A stretch of 64,000 nt of DNA from positions 2,725-66,724 of the IMG/VR virus record IMGVR_UViG_3300029305_011549; one strand, 5' to 3'. Shown here piece by piece: positions 57,465 to 64,000 of this stretch. The stretch is from a virus. Its lineage: Duplodnaviria; Caudoviricetes. Made by a program: the position numbers and the translations under genes. Every line of letters begins with the position of its first letter. The first letter of the stretch is position 1. The notes under the pieces are model-generated. The model saw only the letters and a list, made by a program, of their open reading frames with translations. It had not been told where the DNA came from and searched no databases.

Positions 57465-58027
57465 TGAAACAACTAACCATACTTATAGATATGGACGATA
57501 CCATTGAAAACTTCTGCGAAACTTTGGTAGAAGTTCTCAATGAGCGCCATGGATTGAAAGTAAAAACAGATGACATCAGGGAGTGGGATCTGACAAAGGC
57601 ATTTCCGTCGTTGGCACCGCGTGATATTTTCGCACCGACGTATGAGGAGGATTTCTGGAAGAGGGTAAAACCTCTTCCGGGTGCCGTTGATTGTCTTCGT
57701 CGTATGACGGATGACGGGCATAGCGTTGTCATCGTGACATCCTCCGCTCCGGAAAGTGTCCCGCTGAAAATTAAGCTGTGTCTGCGCAGATATTTTCCTT
57801 TTATTAAACGAGAAAATATCATTATCGCCTCCAGAAAACAGTTGATCAAAGGTGATATCATGATCGATGACGCTCCGCACAATCTGATCGGCGGTGACTA
57901 TCTGCGTGTGTTAATGCAGGCAAATCACAATCGGGATTATGACGCCGCATCTAACAGCATGGTGCGTGTTGTCGACTGGGAGGGCGCGTATCAGATTGTG
58001 AAGATGTACGCAGATATTTTAGATTAA
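57464..58027 (+). CDS. 5'(3')-deoxyribonucleotidase (HAD family)
   Basis: IDMDDT, MIDDAPHN. Confidence 0.85.
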   Translation: MKQLTILIDMDDTIENFCETLVEVLNERHGLKVKTDDIREWDLTKAFPSLAPRDIFAPTYEEDFWKRVKPLPGAVDCLRRMTDDGHSVVIVTSSAPESVPLKIKLCLRRYFPFIKRENIIIASRKQLIKGDIMIDDAPHNLIGGDYLRVLMQANHNRDYDAASNSMVRVVDWEGAYQIVKMYADILD

Positions 58028-58065
58028 ACGTATGCAGATATCAAAGAATAAATGGAGGTTGAGAA

Positions 58066-58293
58066 ATGAACAAAGAAATCATTTTATATTCAACCGGATG
58101 CATTCGATGCAAGACGCTGAAAAAGCGGCTTGACGAATCCGGCATTACATACAGAGAAGTCAACGACGTCGAGCAGATGCTGGCACTTGGTTTTACACAG
58201 GTTCCTGTGCTTGTCGCAGACGGGGAACAAATGGATTATTATAAGGCAGTAAAATGGATTGATACAATGGAGGGAACAAATGAAAAGCAGTAA
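58066..58293 (+). CDS. nrdH: NrdH/glutaredoxin
   Basis: YSTGCIRC, QVPV. Confidence 0.85.
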   Translation: MNKEIILYSTGCIRCKTLKKRLDESGITYREVNDVEQMLALGFTQVPVLVADGEQMDYYKAVKWIDTMEGTNEKQ

Positions 58294-60058
58294 GAGTATT
58301 GTTGAGGACTACCTGAAGCAGGACGACTGGAGAGTCAAGGAAAACTCAAATAACCCGTTCAGTTATGGCGGTATGAATAAGTATATCAACGGAGAAGTAT
58401 GCAAGGACTATTGGCTGCGGGAAATTTATAATGAAGATATCGCACAGGCATATGTCCAGAATTATATCCACATTCATGACCTCGGCGGTTTGACGCTGTA
58501 TTGCTGCGGTTATTCGCTGCGCGATATTCTGACAAAGGGCGTTGTCGGTGTGGATAATATTCCGACATCCTCTCCAGCAAAGCACTTCGACAGCGCACTT
58601 AACCAGATTTCCAATCTTCTGACAGTTTTCCAGAATGAGATTATGGGTGCGGTTGCACTGAACAGCTTCGATACACTCCTCGCGCCGTTCATCAAGAACG
58701 ACCGTCTGGATTACGATGCGGTCAAGCAGTCGATGCAGAACTTCATTTTCTCTATCAACTCCAACAGCAGAATGGGTGCGGAACCGGCATTCAGCAATAT
58801 CACATTCGATTTAACCCCGCCGAGCGACCTGATCGATGATTATGTTCTGATTGGCGGTGAGTTGCAGAGCTTTACATACCGCTCCTGCCAGAGAGAGATG
58901 GACATGCTGAATAAAGCGTTCTTTGAGACAATGCTGGAGGGCGACGCTGCAGGCAAGCTGTTTGCTTATCCGATTCCTACTTATAATATTCATAAGAGAT
59001 TCGACTGGGATAACCCAAACAATAAGCTCCTGTGGGAGCTGACCGGCAAGTTCGGTACACCGTACTTTGCAAACTACATCAGCTCCGATATGAATCCGGA
59101 GGACGCAAGAAGCATGTGCTGCAGACTCCGTCTCGACCTAACCGAGCTTCGCAAGAGAAACGGAGGCCTGTTCGGCAGCGGCGACAGCACAGGTTCCATC
59201 GGTGTTGTTACCATCAACCTGCCGAGAATCGCATATGAAAATAAGGGCGACCGCGCAGGATTCTTTGCAATGCTGGATTACTATCTGGGTATCGCCAAGG
59301 ACAGCCTTGTCATCAAGCGTGCATGGCTTCAGGAAAATATCATTGATACCAATGCAATCAAAGCGTACAACGAATATGTCGGTACCATGGACAACCATTT
59401 CTCGACCATCGGTATTGTCGGTATGAATGAAATGTGTGAGAATTTCTTTGACGACCATGCGGGAATTCTCACAGAAAAAGGAAAGGCGTTCTCGGAGGAG
59501 GTCGGCGAGTATATCAGAAACACGCTGCTTCGCTTCCAGGAAGAAACAGGGAATCTTTTCAATTACGAGGCAACGCCGGCAGAATCCACTTGCTATCGCT
59601 TTGCGCTCAACGATAAGAAGACACATCCGGATATCATCACACAGGGAAGCGGCAAGGACTGCTACTATACCAACAGCTGTCATATCCCCGTAAAGGATAT
59701 TCAGGGCATCGACAGTACCTTCCGTCATCAGGAGACGCTGCAGTCGCAGTTTACAGGCGGTACTGTCATCCATCTGATGATGGAGGGCGCGATTTCCGGC
59801 GATCAGGCAAAGGATATCATTCGTTCCGCGTTTGAAAACTATACCATTCCATATGTCAGTATCTCCCCGATTTCCAGATTCTGTCCCGAACACGGTTATG
59901 TTTACGACCATGTAGATAAGTGTCCGATCTGTAAGGAGAAGCTGAAGAAATACCAGAGAATTACAGGCTATCTGCGCTGCATTGATAACTTCAACCGAGG
60001 CAAGAAAGCCGAATTCCATGACAGAAAGCAGATGATGTATGAAGATAAAGAGAATTGA
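58280..60058 (+). CDS. nrdD: Anaerobic (class III) ribonucleotide reductase
   Basis: HIHDL, LYCC, SMCCRL, EATPAES, C-terminal RITGYL glycyl-radical motif. Confidence 0.92.
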   Translation: MKSSKSIVEDYLKQDDWRVKENSNNPFSYGGMNKYINGEVCKDYWLREIYNEDIAQAYVQNYIHIHDLGGLTLYCCGYSLRDILTKGVVGVDNIPTSSPAKHFDSALNQISNLLTVFQNEIMGAVALNSFDTLLAPFIKNDRLDYDAVKQSMQNFIFSINSNSRMGAEPAFSNITFDLTPPSDLIDDYVLIGGELQSFTYRSCQREMDMLNKAFFETMLEGDAAGKLFAYPIPTYNIHKRFDWDNPNNKLLWELTGKFGTPYFANYISSDMNPEDARSMCCRLRLDLTELRKRNGGLFGSGDSTGSIGVVTINLPRIAYENKGDRAGFFAMLDYYLGIAKDSLVIKRAWLQENIIDTNAIKAYNEYVGTMDNHFSTIGIVGMNEMCENFFDDHAGILTEKGKAFSEEVGEYIRNTLLRFQEETGNLFNYEATPAESTCYRFALNDKKTHPDIITQGSGKDCYYTNSCHIPVKDIQGIDSTFRHQETLQSQFTGGTVIHLMMEGAISGDQAKDIIRSAFENYTIPYVSISPISRFCPEHGYVYDHVDKCPICKEKLKKYQRITGYLRCIDNFNRGKKAEFHDRKQMMYEDKEN

Positions 60059-60524
60059 GGACGAGAATTTCAACCACTACAGACGTCCGTCGATGGTGGT
60101 AGCGTTCCCAAGCTGTACCTTCAAATGCAACCGTGCGTGCGGTGAGCAAGTGTGCCAGAACGGCGCACTTGCAGCCTCACCCGATATTGAGATTACACCG
60201 GAGGAAATCGTTCATAGATATCTTCATAATCATATCTCAAAGGCGATTGTGTGTGCAGGCTTGGAGCCGCTTGACAGCCCGGACGATCTGCTTGCGCTTG
60301 TCAGAGCCGTGCGGATGCGTACAGACGCCGAGATTATCATATATACAGGCTACACAAAGGAAGAGGTGCAGGGGATGAACGGAATACTGGACGCATTGAG
60401 CATGTACTCAAATATGATTGTTAAGTACGGAAGATATATCCCAGGATGCGAGACGCATATGGACGAGATTCTTGGAGTCCCTCTGTATGGGGATCATCAA
60501 TATGCGGAGGTGATCAGTAAATGA
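60039..60524 (+). CDS. nrdG: NrdG-like activating protein (radical SAM)
   Basis: CTFKC...CQN, GLEP, IYTGY, IVKYGRY. Confidence 0.75.
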   Translation: MKIKRIEDENFNHYRRPSMVVAFPSCTFKCNRACGEQVCQNGALAASPDIEITPEEIVHRYLHNHISKAIVCAGLEPLDSPDDLLALVRAVRMRTDAEIIIYTGYTKEEVQGMNGILDALSMYSNMIVKYGRYIPGCETHMDEILGVPLYGDHQYAEVISK

Positions 60525-61111
60525 CAGCAGGAACACATAATACGTTTGTCACACTTGGTGCATCCAACCACTCTCAAAACCAAAGAGAACAGTTTGATTA
60601 TTACGCAACCGACCCTGTAGCAATGGAGCTACTTCTTGATATTGAGCAGTTCTCGGAAAATGTATGGGAATGTGCCTGCGGTGCAGGGCATTTAAGCCGT
60701 GTTCTGGAAGAACGCGGGTATAACGTCAGATCAACCGATCTTGTAGATCGAGGGTATGGTGAGAGCGGTCTTGATTTTCTTGACTGCAAAGATACATATG
60801 ACGGTGATATCATAACAAACCCTCCGTATAAATACGCAAAGGAGTTTGTTGAGCGGGCAATCGAGTGTGTAACAGACGGACACCGTGTTGCGATGTTTCT
60901 GAAGATTCAATTTCTGGAAGGAAAAGGCAGACGGGCATTGTTCGATAAGTATCCGCCAAAAATAATTTATGTAGCAACCGGCAGAATCAACTGCTGCAAA
61001 AACGGTGATTTTAGCTCAAGACAGAGAAGCAATGACAGCGCACAGGCGTATGCATGGTTTATATGGGAAAAGGGCTATACGGGCGATACTGTTGTAAGAT
61101 GGTTTAACTGA
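60521..61111 (+). CDS. Orphan N6-adenine DNA methyltransferase
   Basis: DYYAT, ECACGAGH, ITNPPY, YAWFIW. Confidence 0.8.
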   Translation: MTAGTHNTFVTLGASNHSQNQREQFDYYATDPVAMELLLDIEQFSENVWECACGAGHLSRVLEERGYNVRSTDLVDRGYGESGLDFLDCKDTYDGDIITNPPYKYAKEFVERAIECVTDGHRVAMFLKIQFLEGKGRRALFDKYPPKIIYVATGRINCCKNGDFSSRQRSNDSAQAYAWFIWEKGYTGDTVVRWFN

Positions 61112-61122
61112 AAGGAAGCAAA

Positions 61123-61308
61123 ATGACAATCATACAAAATCAGGATTTGGCATACGCCAAAGAGATCAGAAAGAAACTGAAAGAGAATAACGGGTACTGC
61201 CCGTGCAGTATCGTAAAGAATGAGGACACAAAATGTATGTGCAAAGAGTTCCGTGAGATGGACGAGGGTATGTGTCATTGCGGACTCTATATCAAAATCA
61301 AAGATTAA
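61123..61308 (+). CDS. Ferredoxin-thioredoxin reductase catalytic-subunit-like small protein
   Basis: GYCPC...CMC...CHCGLY. Confidence 0.75.
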   Translation: MTIIQNQDLAYAKEIRKKLKENNGYCPCSIVKNEDTKCMCKEFREMDEGMCHCGLYIKIKD

Positions 61309-61319
61309 GGAGATAAGGT

Positions 61320-61757
61320 ATGACTGTGAAAATTAAGAAGCTTAACGAAGATGCTGTGATCCCTACATACGGCTCCGCAGAAGCCGCAGGATGCGATTTG
61401 TACGCACTCCTTGACACAGATGAGGTAGTGATTCATCCGGGCAGTACGGCGCTTGTACACACCGGAATCAGCGTTGAAATCCCGCACGGATGCTACGGCG
61501 GTATCTACGCAAGAAGCGGTCTTGCCTCCAAGAAAGGATTGCGTCCGGCGAACTGTACCGGTGTCATTGACGCAGACTACCGCGGTGAAATCATGGTGGC
61601 ATTACATAACGATTCTTCAAACATTCAAACGATTTCCAACCATGAAAGAATCGCGCAGATGATTATCGAAAGATACGAAAAGGCTGAGTTCCTCATCGTT
61701 GATGACCTTGTCGAAACAGAAAGAGGAGAGGGCGGCTTCGGAAGCACCGGGAAGTGA
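61320..61757 (+). CDS. dut: Trimeric dUTPase
   Basis: AGCDL, RSGL, GVIDADYRGE, RIAQ, RGEGGFGSTG. Confidence 0.95.
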   Translation: MTVKIKKLNEDAVIPTYGSAEAAGCDLYALLDTDEVVIHPGSTALVHTGISVEIPHGCYGGIYARSGLASKKGLRPANCTGVIDADYRGEIMVALHNDSSNIQTISNHERIAQMIIERYEKAEFLIVDDLVETERGEGGFGSTGK

Positions 61758-61810
61758 TTAAATTCTATATGATTGGTAATAATTATTGTAATAAGTATGG
61801 AGGTGTATAT

Positions 61811-61957
61811 ATGGAAGTTCGAAGATTTGATCTGAGTGGCAAAACCCTTACAAAGGATGATCTTGCAAGAGTCAGGATACCTGAGGATATCGTAGTTCTT
61901 TATAATAAGATTATCGATCGTGTCGCAGATTATAAAAACAGCGGTATACGAAATTGA
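61811..61957 (+). CDS. Small 48-aa protein upstream of the integrase
   Basis: RBS GGAGG; MEVRRFDLSGK... Confidence 0.5.
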   Translation: MEVRRFDLSGKTLTKDDLARVRIPEDIVVLYNKIIDRVADYKNSGIRN

Positions 61958-61982
61958 AAAGTTTGGTAAACAAACAGAAAGT

Positions 61983-62012
61983 CTTGATTTGTTCATATAA
62001 ACGTGTTATAAT
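61983..62012 (+). promoter_or_regulatory. Probable integrase promoter TTGATT-N18-TATAAT with extended TG
   Basis: Direct match upstream of 62066. Confidence 0.55.
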
Positions 62013-62065
62013 GGTCTCGTACAGCATTGTGCGAGACCATTTTAGGCAAGTATAAAGGAGGAAGT

Positions 62066-63487
62066 ATGGCGCGAAGATCGAAAATGGCTAAGGTCTCTCA
62101 TGATGCAGAGAACGAGAAAACAAATATTGCACTGTATATCAGAGTATCTACTGACGCACAAGTAGACGGATATTCTATTGATGTGCAGAAGGAAAGACTG
62201 GAAGCGTATGTAAAGTCTATGTTCAGCGAACCGGACACTGTAACAATGTATATCGACGGAGGATTTACGGGAGCGAATCTTGACAGACCGAGAATGAAAG
62301 ACATGATAGCAGATATCCAGAATGGATTGATTACGCATGTTATTGTCATGAAGCTCGATAGACTCAGCCGTTCTCAAAGAGACACGCTATATCTTATTGA
62401 GGATGTATTCACTCCGAACAATGTCTCTTTTATCTCTATTAATGAAAGCTTCAATACTTCGACATCTTTCGGAAGAACCGCAATATCTATCTTGAGTGCA
62501 TTTGCACAAATGGAGCGCGAAACCATATACGAGAGAACAAGAAGCGGTATGAGAAAGAGAGTTGAGGATGGTTATTGGCCTGGCGGAGGAATGACGCCAT
62601 TCGGATATGATTACGATCAAAACATTGGTTATTTAGTTCCAAACAAAGATGCCGATACGGTGAAGCATATGTATGAACTTTTTCTTTCTGGATATTCAGA
62701 AGGGATGATTGCGAAGAAATTTAATATAAAGTACGACCGACTTGTTCATCAGATCTTAACCAGAAAAAGCAATACAGGAGTTATTGTTTATAATGGGGAA
62801 GAATACCCCGGTAGACATGCTCCAATTATATCCCTTGATATATATAATAAAACAATGAAAATCATGAAAGAAAGATCGTCGAAGAAATTTGTAGCAAAAA
62901 CAAAGCATCTTTTAACAGGTCTTTTTGAATGTGGTATCTGCGGAGCAAAAATGAGATACCAAACATGGACAAACGGAACACATAAGATCATGTGTTACTC
63001 ACAGCAGACATCGAAAGCATATTTAAGGAAGTCAACATGCTGCGATAATCTAAAAATTGACTCACAACTTATAGAGAATGCTGTTTTGAATGATATTTTC
63101 TCTATGACAGACGAGATATCCGAAATTGATCATGAGGCTGGAGAAAAAGAGAAGAAAGGGGTATTGGATGTTTTAACAGAGCAGAAGACAATCGCTGAAA
63201 ATAAACTGAAGAGACTGTATAACCTATTTGCAGGAAGTTCTGATGATTGTCTTCTTGATACAATCAATGAGATTAGAGCAGAGATAGACACCCTGAATAA
63301 GAGTATCAACGAGGAAGTGGAAAAGAATAATAGATTTGCAGAGGCGATATCGACACAACAACAATTCAGGGGGCTAAGAGACGTTTGGGATATAATGACA
63401 AATGAAGAGCGCATATCAGCCATTCGCGCACTTATTGAAAAGATTGTGATTAATAAGGAAAAAATCGATATAGTTTACAAAGTATAA
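62066..63487 (+). CDS. Large serine recombinase (integrase)
   Basis: YIRVST catalytic Ser, SGANxDRP-like TGANLDRP, KLDRLSR, recombinase domain, CGICG...C zinc ribbon, coiled coil. Confidence 0.95.
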   Translation: MARRSKMAKVSHDAENEKTNIALYIRVSTDAQVDGYSIDVQKERLEAYVKSMFSEPDTVTMYIDGGFTGANLDRPRMKDMIADIQNGLITHVIVMKLDRLSRSQRDTLYLIEDVFTPNNVSFISINESFNTSTSFGRTAISILSAFAQMERETIYERTRSGMRKRVEDGYWPGGGMTPFGYDYDQNIGYLVPNKDADTVKHMYELFLSGYSEGMIAKKFNIKYDRLVHQILTRKSNTGVIVYNGEEYPGRHAPIISLDIYNKTMKIMKERSSKKFVAKTKHLLTGLFECGICGAKMRYQTWTNGTHKIMCYSQQTSKAYLRKSTCCDNLKIDSQLIENAVLNDIFSMTDEISEIDHEAGEKEKKGVLDVLTEQKTIAENKLKRLYNLFAGSSDDCLLDTINEIRAEIDTLNKSINEEVEKNNRFAEAISTQQQFRGLRDVWDIMTNEERISAIRALIEKIVINKEKIDIVYKV

Positions 63488-63526
63488 AAATTTCGACATA
63501 TGATAGTCATTCCGATGATCATCGGC
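63488..63526 (+). other. Putative att junction inside sigG
   Basis: AAA ATT TCG ACA TAT G (K-I-S-T-Y, mimicking KFSTYA) lies out of frame with downstream ATT CCG ATG ATC ATC GGC; dyads ATGA-TAG-TCAT (63500-63510) and CCGATGATCATCGG (63512-63525). Confidence 0.6.
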
Positions 63527-64000
63527 GAGATTCGCAGGTATCTGAGGGATAACAACAGCATCCGCGTCAGCCGCGGAACGAGAGATCTTGCCTATCGTGC
63601 ATTGCAAACGCGGGACCGGCTGACAAAGGAACACGGTCGGGAAGCAACTGTTGAGGAGGTTGCCGCCGTCCTCGGAGAATCCCCTGTACAGGTCAGTCGG
63701 GCGATGGAAGCGATCATCGAGCCGATCTCTCTGTATGAACCGGTTTACTCCGACGGTGTGGATTCTGTATACGTGATGGATCAGATCAGCGACAGCGAGA
63801 ATTCCGATGATGTGTGGCTGGAAAACATTGCGCTGCGTGAAGCGATGAAATCGCTTGGCGAGCGGGAACGCCGCATCATTGCACTTCGTTTTTTTGCCAA
63901 CAAAACGCAGATGGAAATTGCCGAACAGATCGGCATCTCGCAGGCGCAGGTATCGCGTCTGGAAAAAGGTGCACTTGCACGGATTCGCCGTCAGATGTGA
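63500..64000 (+). pseudogene. sigG: 3' part of sporulation sigma factor sigma-G (N-terminus and most of region 2 missing)
   Basis: PMIIGEIRRYLRDNNSIRVSR...SLYEPVYSDG.D..YVMDQISD...KTQMEIAEQIGISQAQVSRLEKGAL matches SigG; no RBS before 63500; GC clearly higher than the integrase gene. Confidence 0.85.

Larger units (their letters stand above)
1..63508 (+). mobile_element. Large temperate phage/prophage (SPbeta-like organisation), early/replication arm; left boundary lies outside the window
   Basis: Dense co-oriented phage-type genes (Bro-N, ERF, SSB, helicase, primase, DnaE, NrdDG, PhoH, dUTPase, MrpR-like repressor, tRNAs), ending in a serine integrase followed by a 5'-truncated host-type sigG. 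Confidence 0.85.

Noticed and set aside
12238-59562. Many long minus-strand ORFs in the track (e.g. 21223-22563, 45689-46726, 13951-14910)
   Set aside because: They are antisense shadows of well-supported plus-strand genes and show no recognisable motifs.
63500-64000. An intact, independently translated sigma factor starting at ATG 63500
   Set aside because: No RBS, and the N-terminus and most of region 2 of SigG are missing; the ATG is a by-product of the junction.

Overview
This window looks like the early/replication-and-metabolism arm of a very large temperate Firmicutes (Clostridia-like) phage or prophage with SPbeta-like organisation. It carries an MrpR-like repressor, ERF, SSB, DnaB, DnaG, DnaE, NrdDG, six tRNAs and no virion genes. 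It ends in a large serine recombinase abutting the 3' two-thirds of the forespore sigma factor gene sigG, which suggests an att junction inside sigG. The strongest new signal is a retron-like reverse transcriptase (5915-7081) with two homologous structured non-coding RNAs: one directly upstream (5602-5898) and an orphan copy heading the tRNA cluster (11188-11466). Both have covarying terminal arms followed by a G, covarying stem-loops and a 38/45-nt shared core, but different, largely unstructured A/C-rich template regions. The RT lies directly downstream of a phage-borne ubiquitin-like conjugation cluster (Ubl, putative E2, JAB, E1) and is translationally coupled to an AAA+ ATPase. Other notable items are a four-gene NAD+ rebuilding cluster, two near-sister ORF-less group I introns in dnaE, a ~450-nt non-coding element closed by a 24-bp inverted repeat, a Spo0A-C/ECF sigma cassette, an orphan MazF in the repressor operon, and an RNA/tRNA repair toolkit. 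All functional calls come from motif recognition by eye; no database searches were run.
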